From positions 15,748,001 to 15,812,000 of the forward strand of contig CM060733.1 of the NCBI GenBank assembly GCA_030704615.1: a stretch of DNA of 64,000 nucleotides, read 5' to 3'. Position numbers and translations under genes: made by a program. This document shows, in pieces, positions 13,599 through 27,260 of the stretch (positions are counted from its first letter, which is position 1; the number at the start of each line of letters is the position of its first letter). Under the pieces are notes generated by a model. That model was given only the letters and a program-made list of their open reading frames with translations. It had not been told where the DNA came from and searched no databases. Origin of the DNA: Takakia lepidozioides (Eukaryota > Plantae > Bryophyta).

Positions 13599-14932
13599 CC
13601 CCTAAAGGACAAGGGACAATTTTTGCCAAGACCTCAAAAACTGGACCCTGGCCCTCTAAAACATTTATATCTTGAGATTTACTAAGGCACTGTAAAACTA
13701 ACCGCTAGAATATACTCTCAACCACCCCATCTACGACCACAAAAATCCCTGTCTAAATCCAACCAGCAGATCCAAAGAATATAATGTCTAAAGGGGTGCA
13801 AAAAAAAAACAAATGAAGTAAATAGGGAAAAAAAAAGTGCTTTTTCTATCGAATTTCCCATCTGCAAACTGGTCTGACATGACACTCTCCAGAATCTGGT
13901 GCCCTGTCATATAAGCCACCTTCCCTGCAAATTTCATCTTTTTCTGACATAATCTCAGGTGGGCTGCTTTGTATGCTAAAAATGGGGGGTCAAATTTGGG
14001 GTTTTCCTTCGGCAGGTAAAAAGGTTTGTTCAGAAAATTGAGGAAACATTTTGAGCCGTTCATTTGGCAATCGCTCCGGTGGGAATGTTGTGGGTGGGTA
14101 TGGCTTTTCCGCAAAAACATTTCGGGCCAATCTGAATCTCCTACTAGGTCTTTTTACCCCCTGCCCATGAGACTTGCAATTGCACCTATGTGGGCCTATA
14201 ATTTTTGGGCGGTAGCCCTCTCTTGTGGAGGGTTTTAGGGGATGGCTCATCCTACCCGTCCCTAAACTGATTAGGCCTCCACCCCTCACAAGGCATGTCC
14301 CCCCCCCACCCAGGTTCGGGCCACCCCTATGTTTATTGGGTTTTGGGGTCACCCACCCCACGCGTTCATGGGCCACCCATGCCGGAAATGTGTCCCGGTT
14401 TTCAGGACGGGAAAAAAAAACTCGCCGGATTTTACAAAGTGGGTGGAAGCATCTCCAGGCAGCTCTCCGGCTGCGCATCAATTGAGCCTCTTCCCGCGCT
14501 CTCCCCCACCCCCCCCACAACAACAGGTTTGACACCAAACCACGCCCGGAGCTACCATCGCCATTGATTCCAGCTTGGGGATTAGGCATGGAGATATCCG
14601 AGGCAGGTCGGCTGCGGGTGCCATTTAGGGGGTAAGTGGCGCAATAAAGGGTGTTGGGAGACACGCCATGGGGGGTGCATGGAATTTCACCCTAACCTGA
14701 CCCTAGTTGCCACATCATCCTCAGGGCAGGTTAGATGGTGGAAAGTGGCCTCAAAATCACGAGTGTGGCAGACTCTACGCTTTTTACGTGGCAATTGCCA
14801 AGTCGTATGACCAATTGGGAAATGCCACATCATATCAGACTTGATTTCCAGTCGAATGAGCCTATGTCAGAGATAACCAGCCTGTTTTCTAAACCCAACC
14901 GACCCAAGTTGGGTCGTTTTGACGCTTAGGGG
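13599..14932. mobile_element. Non-autonomous piggyBac-like element (TTAA TSD)
   Basis: TTAA(13595-98)|CCCCTAAAGGACAA ... TTGACGCTTAGGGG|TTAA(14933-36). The 7-bp perfect TIR extends imperfectly. No transposase motif inside. Confidence 0.55.
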
Positions 14933-16992
14933 TTAAATGTGTGGACCATATGGCTTCAAAGTTCACACCTCGATCATTCTGTAATGACGGCCTGCCCTGT
15001 GCTGCAACAAATGTATGCAAATGTATGCTAGAGTACACTGCTCCCCCAGCTCCCAGGGTACACATTCACATTGTCTCCTTGGATGTTGTCACGTTATCAC
15101 CTCCATTGGGAGCTCAGGCTCATCACTGCAAGGCTGCAAAATTTGTGGGCAATTTGGGCAGGTGGGTACCGTCGTGTCAGTGTCTACTCGCAAATAGCTA
15201 AATTTCCCTGACAGATACTGCACATGGTAAAATTATTTGCTTAACCTAAGTAGATCAGCAACAGCTACCGGCCCTCCAGCTCCCTCAAGCTCCGAGCAGG
15301 CCCCCTAAGATACTAGGACGTAGCTGTAACTTTTACACTACAGTGACCACTACTTACGTGCCACAGCTCTCTCTAAAATTCAGCTCACTTATCCCTTGTG
15401 GGCCTTATTAGCAACAAGTGTTGCATAGGATCAAGCTAGCCTTGACCAAGTGTGAACAACACATATATGTTACACCTGCAGATAGAGGACCTGCAATGAA
15501 GATAGATACTTGCTATTACAATGGATGATGTCCTGAATTGCAACAGACAACTAGACGTTCATTCAGGTAATTGTTGTGCCTTTGGTTGTTGGGCAATTAC
15601 AGAGCCCCTCAGTCAACCACTTCTTCAATCCACGGTTGTGACTTCCATTCATTTGTGTGAGCCCACATTTGAGAGGGGGACCCAGAATGGGTGAACAAAC
15701 CTGCCATACCCTTGCTTCTTTCATCGCTGTACCCGAACCAAATCCAACTCAACCCCAAGTGCATAGGTGTGCACATGCGCTCTACATACATAGTAACTAT
15801 GGTACTAGGGATTCTTGTACTGAGAGTCATACAAAGGCAGGGGGACAGCATCACAACACTCTCACTGTGACCAGGCTACGACCACCATGATGGATATTCT
15901 GTCGAATCTGAAGAGGCCGATAGAGAATCATTTGCCCCACTTGCCGCTCTCTGCAGCGGCTGACTACTGCCGGGCCACTAGACTTTTCTACAAGCTGCTT
16001 CAAGTCTCCAGCCAATCAGTAGCTGGAAACCCTATCCATCTGTGTCTACAGCCAATCAGGTCCAGCGCAATCCTGGGTATGATGGTGGGGCACTTGGAGT
16101 GCCGAGCATAGCCACCATAAATGGCAGGTGGGTGGCTCATTCCAAGGTACTAAATAAATTCTCCCTCTCGAAGGTTATCTCAGAGCAGATTGTGTGAAAA
16201 TGTGTTTAAAAAAGGGGAGGAAGCCCTGTAAATCATATTAAAACACACAGGAAAAGGGGTAGCTTGATATAATAATCCGCTTCCAAAGATGGGTTTGTAG
16301 TTGGCAATCAAAGAATCCCCAGAAAGATGGCTCCAAAGATCCTGCTCTCTTGTGGGTTCACTCTCAATACACATCCTTCCCTGGGGACCCACAACCACAA
16401 TCGGAAGGTGCAGATAAGGATACATCCTATATGTATGACATGGAGATGCAATGCCTGTAACTCTTCTATTTACTCTTCTCTGAACTGTATTTAGGGTGAG
16501 CAATCCTGGGAAATTTGCTGAGTAATCCCTGCTTGTGTGATTGCTCTTCCAAACAGTGAGGCCAGCCTCATACAGACTAGGTAGTACTTTGGCTCAGTTA
16601 CTGCACCCTCTCAATACGTTATAAATAGAAACCCCAGGGAGCTCACTGACTGAGGCCTTTCGCTGCATTCATCCAGGATCTCAGTTGCAGTCTCACCCAC
16701 AACACGGGCCCCCATTTGGAAGGTACTATTGTGTAGCCCCACCGCGCGGCGACCGCGCCGCAGCAGGGCTGCCCGTCTCCAAACAAAAACAGATTCTTCT
16801 GGGCAGACCGGCCGCGGTTGTAGGGTGACTCGACTGAGAATACAGGCTTGGAATTCATTGGATGTTTATTTGTGCACACAAGACAAACCGTTCATTCATC
16901 TGAGTCATTGGATGTCGATTTGAATGTCTTCTGACTTCTGGTATTTGAGCTGTTATTTTTGGAAGATTGTGAGGCCAATAATACACAAGTGT

Positions 16993-17240
16993 GACCAACA
17001 GTCAGTAGCTCAGTTGGATAGTGCAGACCCAGATGATTCTGGGGTCAAATCCAGCTACCTAGATGGGTGTGGTATGTTCTTCTCCCCCTTCCCTTGGGCG
17101 GTGTCCCATGCGAAAGCCTTCACGGCCAGGTTACTCTGAAAGAGGTTATTTTCTCCTCTAACCATAATTAAGGGCCTGATTCGTGAGCTGTCGCTCCCAG
17201 GTGTTTCCCTTTTAAAAAATTAAAAAGAAAAAAGAGAAGG
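16993..17240 (+). mobile_element. tRNA-derived SINE, near full length
   Basis: Pol III A-box TAGCTCAGTTGG (17006-17017), B-box GGGGTCAAATCC (17041-17052), a ~150-bp body shared with two other copies, and an A-rich tail. Confidence 0.85.
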
Positions 17241-19016
17241 AATAGTTTGCCGCTCTAAGTTCACCTTAGGGCGGACGGGCAGCCAGTTTGCAGTAAACTC
17301 AAAATATGGCCTACCAGAACACGGGTGGATACGGTACAAGTGCCACACAACTTGTTTTGTCCACCCCTTGTACAAACTTTTGCAAGAGCTCAAAGAGTTC
17401 ACTTGCACATTGTGGTCCGCGCACAAGAGAGGTAGGAAAAAAATTGGTTGTCTTTTATCCTCCCGTATCTACAGCATTCATCTCGTGCCACGCATGCAAT
17501 CGCCAGATGCCCTGGAAGTTACTGGCCCATTGTTGTTTTTTGGCTTTTGGATAGAGGGGTCGTCAGCTTGGGTACCGACTCGGAACAAGTCTAGTGGAAC
17601 TCCAGCCTTCCTGCGGGGGGATCCCCAAACTTCTGGAGGATATCAATTAGCCCCATCACAATAATCAAAGCACCGACACCATAGCGCACCTGAATTTCAA
17701 ACTACTCTGGAGCAAGCATTTTAGGCCTTCACTGGCTCTCTGTTTTGGGCAGATGTTTTATCTTGCTGGTCCGGTGGAGACCTTCTGGAAGCTGCCCGTC
17801 GCTTGTTTCGCCTCTCTTTTTTGTTAATTTTATTTCCAGTACCATCCCCTGTTTCCAAAATCCAAAAGTACATTTTTTAATATAAAATTATGTCCATTGA
17901 CCCATTCCACAAAAATAATGTTTATTTTATTTTGTCGCACTCAAATGAGAGTCGTTGCACTTCAAGTTTGTCGTGGGAAACGTGGTAGAAAAGAAAAAGA
18001 ATAGTCAAGTTGGTCCAATAATCTCATCGTCAATAATATTATCATTCTGGAAATGAAAAACACCTGGGAACAATATTGATTATTCGTACACCACAATCAT
18101 TGGACACTCTAAAAATAGTTTCCTTCATGAAAAAATCATGGACTCGATTTATTTCTATACAAAAACAATTTGATGCTATGTAAAGTTCAGGCTTCATTTT
18201 CACAGTAGGAGCCTGCTCATCACAGTGCCTACCTTCCCAAGTACGATTGTACAGTACATCAACATGGATGAAAAATATCATGAAAGTAGATGAGAAATCA
18301 GAAAGTGAGATAACTGCATAATTTTATCATTCTTTAATTAAATTATAATTCAATCTCGCTATGATTCACGTTAGTGCTTTGTGGATGCAGCGCAGATGTA
18401 CTTCGGTGAAATGGTGTGCCCAATTTGCAGATTTCAACGACACTGCAGAAGGTCTCCATCGAACATCTCTGGACAGACACCCTCCCAACCTTTGGTGACT
18501 CCCCGGCGAAATTGACGTCCAGTGACCGAAAAACTGGGACTCCAAAATGAAAAGCTCACTTGAATTTGAGCAATTCCCAAAAAACGCTAACCCACCGTTA
18601 AACCACAGTTCAGATGGTGCTCCTTAGCAGGGGATTCCTTTCCACTCCAGTAATTACCCCTCAGTTTCTGCAGGCACCCAGCTTATCTACTTGCCATAGT
18701 CTCTTTTCGAGAGTATGTTACTTTCTAGTGGAGAGCAGCATTGCACTTCCTATGGCACGGTTCGCAGTGAATCCGTTGTTGTGGGTAGTTAAGGCTTGAC
18801 TCTTTGGCTATGGATGTTACCGAATCCTATGATGTTTTAGCCTGTTATGGCCTCCTATCTTCGTTGATTTTTACAAGATGACCACTTAATATGACTTCCG
18901 GGCTGAGTCCGTCCCTTTTATAAAATGTAACGGGGTTATGGTGATAGTACACCAATCAATATTGCCATTGCATCTCTGCCATGGCTATTTTCTTAATGGC
19001 TTTTCTCAATACATTG

Positions 19017-19066
19017 TTTTTTTTTAACACCTGGGAGCGACAGCTCCCAAATCAGGCCCCTTAATT
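19017..19066 (-). mobile_element. 5'-truncated copy of the same SINE
   Basis: The reverse complement aattaaggggcctgatttgggagctgtcgctcccaggtgtt plus an A-run matches the 3' end of the 16993-17240 copy. Confidence 0.7.
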
Positions 19067-19574
19067 TTAATTTTTTTTTAAGGGAAATACCCGGGAGGGG
19101 GGTTGGTAACTTAGAAGGTGAGCACTGCTCATGTGAGCATAGGAAAACAGAGGCGAGAGCACAAAAATACGGCAATAGGGTACCCATGTTTCCACGGAAA
19201 TAGAATACGCGTGAATAGGGTCCCTCCATGCGAAATAGGGAGTTATGTGCCTATTTCTGTCCCTATTTCTGTCCCTAAACCCTAATGCGAAATAGACACC
19301 CCTAATGTATATCTACAAGCTCCAAGCTCCAAGTTCTTAGAAATATAACTAGAGATGAGCTCTAAGATACAAGGTAGTATAATTATGGTCGCGTAAGTGC
19401 AAAGACTCGATCTGTAATGCTTTGCGGGATATGCAAGCACCCGGGCAGGAGGCCATTACAGGTCTTCCCAAAGATAACATTGTCTGATTAACTTCTTAAA
19501 AGCCTCATCCTCAGTATAGCATACTAAACAGAACAAGAGCAATGAAATGAATACATGGAAGAGGTGATTCGAAT

Positions 19575-19958
19575 ATACATGTGTGGTTTTATATGTAATT
19601 TTGGGCCTGAAAGGATTTATGGCAATAGATATTAGAGCTGCCTATTGAGTTGTATTTCCTTGATAGAGCTGAAATATAGGGTGTCGATAAAAACGTTTCG
19701 CAAGCGAAACGGTATTACCAAGACCATTCTATATTAGTTGTGGTGAAGTACTTACCTACTGCTAGAGCTTCTGAGGCTTGAGATATATGGTAATATCACC
19801 ATATTATTGTTGTTTGCTGTCGTGAGCATTGTCACATGCTACCCAACGATACAGCAAAGATCATCAACGTAAAAAAGAATATCGGAGAGACAGGAAGATA
19901 TTTAACTTCACTGGCAAAATACATATGTGGCTCTTAGTTACGCCTGTCCCGTGACCAG

Positions 19959-20036
<78 letters not shown>

Positions 20037-20253
20037 ATGTAATTTTGGAGTCATGGATGGATTTCTGGCAACAGATATTAGGGCTGCCTAGTGAGTTGTA
20101 TTTCCTTGATAGAACTGAAATATAGTGTGTCGATAAAAATGTTTCGCAAGCGAAACGGTATTAACGAGACAATTCGGTGGAATATATTGGTTCTGGTGAA
20201 GTACTTACCTACTGCTCAAGCTTCTGCGGTTCAAGATATATGGCTATGTCACC
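19575..20253. repeat. Local direct duplication (~19575-19800 and ~19918-20253); copy 2 is interrupted by a ~105-bp (CT)n-containing insert
   Basis: Shared blocks ttatatgtaattttgg, gagttgtatttccttgatag, gtgtcgataaaaa.gtttcgcaagcgaaacggtatta and ggtgaagtacttacctactgct. (CT)n at 19961-20032. Confidence 0.85.
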
Positions 20254-21506
20254 GGTGAGAGTCAAACATGGAATATCAGTGATTGCTTATCGAGATACGT
20301 GTGTTGTGTCAGCTTGCATCCTCAAATATGTGTAGACTATTTTTTCCGAGCCGGGTTCCAAGTTCAGGGTGGGACCACGCTACATTTCGCTAACGAAAAC
20401 TGATGATCCTCATAATATAATGTTGGATATTGGTCGAGGTGTAACAAATTAGCGCTTTAATTGTGTCTGTAAGTATCATTTCATTCTGTTTGATAGCATC
20501 TCATATCTTGTTCCTATTTTCCTTGGATTTCCATTTCTGTTCTCTTCACTATGTAACAGTAAGAAAAGGAATACTTGACGGTAGATCTGTTTGGTTACTC
20601 TCAAATGTTCGTTAGTTACAGTTTATTGCAAAATTCAATGACAAGTTGAGATATGCATCTCTCCTCGATATCGTCCATTTGTTTCACTTGATATAGTTTA
20701 GGTGGTTATGGCGGCGGACTGATGTTGATGACCCTCTTGAATTGAAGAACAATTTTGAATAAAAAAATTGAAGCCTCTGAAAATATCATTTGTACGACTC
20801 ACAAATTGTCGAGATGCAATAATGTATAGTTTCGCATATTAGTGATTGCTACAAGCGTCAACTACACATGATTAAATATATAACTATCAATAAACGAGAT
20901 TGTTGATGGAGACGGCACTAACGGGAAATTCCCTATGTTCCAACTTCGCGCGGCTTGTGCTCACGTGAGCAGACTAATTTGACATTTTAGTTTCGCTAAA
21001 TCATTTTTCTAAGAATATTCTTGGGTAGCATGCATGCTGCTTACTGACTACGAAGATAAGCCAGATGTATGTTTTGACGATGTAGATTCACAAGACAATT
21101 GATTACTTAGACATGAACGTGAAGAACATTGTTAGGGTACTGGGTGTGCAGAATGAGTCCAAGGCAAGAGTGAACCACCTTTCAAGCGCAACTACTGAGG
21201 AGAATTGTCAAATGCACTGCAAAATTCTCAAAACCTCACTTTTGTTTCAAACAAAAATTCTTCAAAATTGGAAGCATCCAGACATGCTCTATGACCGTGA
21301 GTACTAGTAAATCAATCTGAAATCAATCCGAAACACCTACCTTGTATTCCAGCCTCCAAACGCTCTACTTGCCCACTCCATCAAACCAAAACAATGTTTA
21401 TTCATATTCCAAAACCTGAACATTTAAAACCTAAAGTTCGTTTTGAACTTTTATCAGCCAACAAAGCCAACTATGGCTGTTACAAATCCACCAAATGATA
21501 TTTACA

Positions 21507-24500
21507 TCAGTCCAATGTGGTGGAGTTTCGTCGCGGAAAGAGCTGATCAATGACATCATTGGCAAGAACATTATTTGGATCAAGGTCTGAACGCGCCTGG
21601 TTGAATGCTTCTACAGGGAAACGCTTTCGGATTCTCTCTCGCAACCATGTCATCGACTTCTCATCTTTTGGGATCTGCAACCCACAATCCAAAGAAAGTT
21701 CTCTCTTAGTCCAACCTTCTACTCCCTCTCACTCTTCTTGGGAAGCCATAGTGGAGAGAGCGAGCGAAGCAGAGAGAGAGAATGTGTGGTCACTGTTGTA
21801 CCTCAATCTTAGCCCAGTGTTCAAATGCACCATACGCATCCCACAGCTGCTGTTGTGTGGCCTTACGGTACTCAAAGAACCGATCAGTGATGGCTGCCCT
21901 TTGTTCCTCATCCGTGGTGGGCAAGTACATTATAATTCCAACCTGGGCCCACCAACAAACAACTTGCCCTGATGAAACAGAAGGTAATAAACAGTAAGAC
22001 ATTATCGTCTAAAGGGAGATAAAACTGCCTGATAATGAAGTACCCATCAAACAGCAGAGAAGGAGAGGCTATTTGATATATTGGAAAGTAAACTGAAGAC
22101 AGCACACCCCAATCCACGATTGCAAGCTCAAGCCACCCAATTGAGAAGATCCAAAACACAGAATTTGGGAGGACTTCAGAGGCAATCCGTACCGGTACTG
22201 CTGACTTGGTTCATAATGGAGGCCAGTCGAACTGGGTAAAATCGGACCCACTAGATACTGATACTGGGGCTTGCAAAATACAGAACATCCTGCTGATTAT
22301 TGTGCCAGCAACCAGAAAGACCAGCACAGCACAGCACAACCAGAAAGAGATGCATTGAAAAAGTATGGTACCCAGGAATAAATTGTATCATATGACGAGC
22401 TGGAGGCTGGGCTCAGCGGACTCCGGCTGCTGGCAGTCCACCGTTGCTCAATTGGTGCTGGTGCGGGGATGCCCTCTTTCTTTATTAATCGTAGAACTTG
22501 TTCCATGTACTTTACATCCTGTAGATCGGGTTTCCGCAGTGTGCCCGTTGGGAAGGACATTTCAGAGACCCATTGTTGGCCACCACAGTCAAAACCCAGA
22601 ATTTCATCACTCCAGCCAATTCGATAACCCTCGCTCTTTTTCCAGTACTCAGCCTCTGCTTGATTGACCTGCAGACTGAAACAGTTAGATTTGCTGCAGA
22701 GGATGTCAAACAACCCAACCGCCTACAAATCTCCTTCTCTTCCTATTGCTCTCTCTAGCCATGATTCCTCAGCGATGTTAGTGGTGCCCAGTATGCTCTC
22801 ATCCTCCATTATTTTATGTCCTGACCAGGCCCTATCCTCTATTTCCAAAAGGAAACAGCAATGTAGTGTACTGAAAACATTTTTTATTTTTATCTTTAGT
22901 GAGAGGCTAAATTCACCTTGGCCAACATATAGTTTTAACTTACAAAGAGAGATAATTCAACCATATTACAGAATTTGCAGAGATGAGGTAATGATTCTAA
23001 TCAACGTGAGGAACTCGACACAGGGAAAGGAGCTCTCACCTTAGTGACATGAGCCTTGTTTAGCGGGTCAAATGCTAGCAACTTATCACGAAGCTCCGTA
23101 AATGACAGAGATACTATCTCCTCTTCGGAGAGAACTCCCAGAGGCTCTCGGCTTCCTGCGCTGGTGCCACTCCACAAGCCAGCCTCTGCTGGTGGGCTGC
23201 CATCTCTGTGCCCTCCTTGTGTATATGCTATCTCTTCCTCAGGCCTGCCCCACAACACTAAAAATTCAATATTCCACTTCACTGTCTCTCTTTCCACCCA
23301 TCCGTGTGTCGGAGTCCTGAAATTGGTAGAGCGTATTGAGAACGCACACTATGAAAAGACCAGTACACAACTCATACCTGCAACACTAACATTGGAAGCT
23401 ATCAAACACCTTGCCCCTGCATGAGTACACCTCCATCCCCTGGGCTAATCTCTCATACTCTAGAAGATAACCAAAAATCAAGACCAACTTTAGAATTTTA
23501 ACTTCACATTGCTTTCCAGCATACATATGCAGATATCATGGTATTTAAAACTGGGGGTGTCCCCACATAGCTTTAGTTCTTCGATCATCTAATCAGGAAA
23601 GTACAACTAAACAACAACAAATGTTCTTGTGAACCTTCACCTTTGTGGGAAGTAGTCATTCAACTTACAAGTATTTAGCAGCCACTTCCCTATAAAGAGA
23701 TCGTGCTGCACTCAGCCTTTCATCCGGACTGTATTTATGAGCCATCTCCTTGAGAGTTTCCCGACCCTCTGGCAAAGGATTGCATTGAACCACCACTACT
23801 GTGTCTGTGTCAGGGATCCACATGTAACGCAAATGCTTGTTCTCCTGCAGCCATTTCCTGAAAGTTCAAGCCAACACAACTCACTCTCATGCAACAGAAC
23901 AAACAGAGAACAATCCAATCATTGAACTTTGCATAACCGAGAAAGCAAGCGTGCGAGAGAGAGAAACCAGAATTAAATTCATATTAGTAATACATCTCGG
24001 CAAAGGATCAAGCTTTTATTGAAACTTTCCAGCAGAGACCACCGCAGCCACAGAGGCAGCACAGAATTAATGATTCAACTCCTATCAAAGCCTTACTTGC
24101 ATATGGAGAACCCGCCCAAGTCCAAAGAAAACAATTATAGAAGGTGAGACAGTACTCATACTTGTGATTCTTTCGTACTTGCTTCATGTTGGTGACAAAT
24201 GTGTTCTCCAATAGCTGGTGCGCTGGGACACACTGAAGGGTGACTTCGGCAACCACTCCAAGAGCTCCAAGGCCACACCGGGCAAGGTAAAACAAGTCGC
24301 CATCAGTTTCAGCAGAGAGGTCCAATGTTCCCTTACCAGGAGTTACCAGCTTCAGGCTAACCACCTGCTCATCCACTGGGGGTAACTTTGCTCCGGTTCC
24401 ATGTGCCCCAACCTGCCAAGGAGAAAAAGACCATCTTCAGAACATATAAGTGTGCATCAAGCAAAGATTCTGCTGTCAAGCACACTGATGTTTTAGAGTC

Positions 24501-25756
24501 ATTCTTGGTCAATGACTGCTGACTCAGGCCTTGTAACCCGCCCAATTGACTTGCCAAGAAGGGGACATAACTCTCTCTTCAATGACAAATGGCTACATGC
24601 AGGACCTTCCACAATTTGTAGGAATAAAGTTGCTGGATGGAATCTTAAATTGCCATGGTCTGAGTGTTATGTTTAGCTCCCGTGCTCACAGACAGGAAAC
24701 GGGTGCCGTTGAGAAGAGGGTTATCCTTATGCTTCAGGAGTTGAGAACATCGGACCTCATTTTTCATTTCAGGGTTTAGGGTTTAACATCCCAAGTTACC
24801 GAATTTTACCTTTGAAGACGAGAAGATCTACTCGAAAAGTGGCATAAGATGCCTGGGTTAATGTGCCGATGCAAAGAAGGATACTACAAACTGATACTCA
24901 TGCTTTGCACATTATCGAAGCTCAGAGATATGACCTGTATAAAGCCGCCGATTTGTTGCTCCCGAATGGAGGCAAAATTCTGCAAAGTCAGGCCATGTGG
25001 TCTCAATGCCTCGACCACTTCTGCCACTCTAGCGCCCGCCTGCACTCTTACTTTCTTTGTCTCTTTGTCAATGCTCATAATTTTGTCCATCAATGCCAGA
25101 TTCACCATCCCGTCGTTGCATAGCCCTATACCATTCGGAGACAAACCGGATCCAACCGCCCGTATCTTCTGCTTCTTCTCATTCGCGTAGTGAACTACGG
25201 CTTCCAATTCTTCCAGAGTCTCTGGTTGTATGTAAACTCTAGTTCGAGCCTCGTGAGTCCCGCTCCAATTTGTTATTATGTGTTCATCCGGAGGCGTAAC
25301 AGGCCTGACTCTTTGTGGATACGGATAACAGTAGTAAGTTGCAAGACCAGATCCAACAAGAAGGCCAGCATACCCTAGGTAGCGGGCAAGGGGGGAAGAC
25401 GGATCGGCGGCAGGTGCGTATGCAAAGGCGGAAGAAAATGCTCTCGATGGAATTCTTGCTGCTGTGCGAAAGCTTGTTGAGGAGGAAAATCCTGAAATTC
25501 CATGCTGCTTAGAAAACAATGAGATTTGAGGCTGCGAAAGGGATGGTGACGAGGAAGCTACGGCATCTGCGTGTGCAAACCTGACCCTGCTTCTCGATAA
25601 ACAAGAAACCGACGAACCAGAGAGACAAGTCGTCAAATATGTAAGAACTCCGGTGCATGCATCTGAGCTCCTGCAGCTCAGAGACGTCGTCGATCCTCGA
25701 GAAACTGCATTGATAATGTGCAGTAGTTCCTTCCTAAATCTCTGGCGGTTTCGCAT
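21507..25756 (-). CDS. GLDH: L-galactono-1,4-lactone dehydrogenase, mitochondrial (last step of ascorbate synthesis), 7 exons, ~690 aa
   Basis: Exons 25756-24935, 24412-24162, 23857-23669, 23244-23040, 22668-22372, 21942-21802 and 21674-21507 (2073 nt, all GT-AG, phases consistent). Motifs: NWSGTHE, GSGLSPNG, LQNFASIREQQIGGFIQVGAHGTG, FDCGGQQWVSE, APIEQRW, EHWAKIE. Ser/Arg-rich transit peptide. Confidence 0.97.
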
Positions 25757-26339
25757 TGAAGATGATTTTCATATAACCAATTCCACAGCAAATTGTTTGC
25801 AAAACAATGCTTCACACTAGATGAGTGGTGGATCCAGCTGCTGCTCAGAAAGATCTTGCAACATCCAGCGCATTCTTGCTCGATCGTTGGCAGCAGGTAA
25901 CCGCCTTGCTCACAAAGCGCTGCTCCGGTTATGTTAACCGTGGTGGCTCTAAAACAGGTCATCCCATATACCCATCCCCTCAGTTTGTGGGGTTTCATCT
26001 AACTCCAGTTACCTCAAGCTTTTCCTAGCTCCAGGCTCCCTAAAGGAGCTTAATTTCTTTTCTTTTCCTTAGCATGGCAGCTAGTGCCAATTTGTTTTTT
26101 TTTTTAAAGAGGTACGGAGGCCTCATGAACTTTATATATAAAGCAATGTACAAATAGGAAAAAATAACCTCTATCTCGAAGCGGGTCTTCACAAAGTTTT
26201 TGTTTCTCAGCAAGACAGAAGGCCACGTCGACAAGTTCTGGCTAATCCCTAATATATTTTAGCCAAAAGGTCACTTTTTTGCCAAATGGTTGAATTATTG
26301 AAGGGGAAAAAGAGTTAAATCCCAAAGGGTGCCACATGG

Positions 26340-27260
26340 CCTCAACAGTAAACCGTGACCAAGGAAAAAAAACCCTAACATATTTTTTACATTTATGCTA
26401 ATGATCCCTTAGAGCCAATGTAAGGATCTCTTGAATTGGGAAAGTAGAAAAAGCTAAATTGTTATTTACATTCGTTCTAAGGATCCCTTAGAGCTGTTCT
26501 AAGCGGCTCTAAGGATTTCATAGAGCGGAAACAAAAAAGTCAACCATGACCAAGAAGATAAACCTTATCATATTGTTTTTACATTTATTCTAACGATCCC
26601 TTATCCTTAGAGCCAATGTAAGGATTTGTTAGATTGGGAAAATAGAACAAGCTAAATTGCTATTTACGTTCGTTCTAAGGATCCCTTAAGGATCCCTTAG
26701 AGCCGCTATAAGCCACTCACTAAGCCACTCTAAGGATTCCATACAGCAGGAATCCAGAAAAAGCTAAATTGCTATTTATATTCGCTCTAAGAATCCTTTA
26801 GAGCGCTCTAGGGATTTTTTAGAGCGGAAAAATACAAAAACTGAATTGCTATTTACATTCTAAGTATTACTTAGAGTAAGAAAACAAAAAAAGATAAATT
26901 GATATTTACATTCGCTCTAAGCATCCCTTAGAGCCACTCTAAGCCGCGGCTCTAAGGATTTTTTAGAGCGGGGAAACAGAAAAAGCTAAATTGCTATTTG
27001 TATTTGCTCTAAGGATCCTTTAGAGCCACTCTAAGGATCCTTTAGAGCCACTCTAAGGATCCTTTAGAGCCACTCTAAGGATTTATTAGAGCAGGAAAAC
27101 AAAAGAAATCTAAATGGCTATTCACATTTGATCTAAGCATTACTTAGAGCAAGAAAACAGAATAAACTATATTGCGCTCTAAAGATCCCTTAGAGCCGCT
27201 CTAAGCCGCTCTAAGAATTTTTTAGATGAAAAAAAAAAAAAACATTCACTCTAAGAGTTT
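26340..27260. repeat. Degenerate tandem array built on the hairpin CTCTAAG-GATCC-(C/T)TTAGAG
   Basis: Higher-order units of roughly 110-130 bp (aaagctaaattgctatttacattcgctctaag...). Three exact 22-mers at ~27008-27073. Confidence 0.85.

Noticed and set aside
13990-14664. 224-aa ORF as a piggyBac transposase
   Set aside because: No DDD-domain or Cys-rich motifs. It is a low-complexity GC-rich frame with a non-ATG start.
16993-17070. tRNA gene
   Set aside because: A and B boxes are present, but there is no cloverleaf or anticodon arm. It continues into a body and A-tail shared with other copies, so it is a SINE.
15000-18300. Possible RT, LINE or transposase remnants
   Set aside because: Some protein-like stretches, but no diagnostic motif in a consistent frame.
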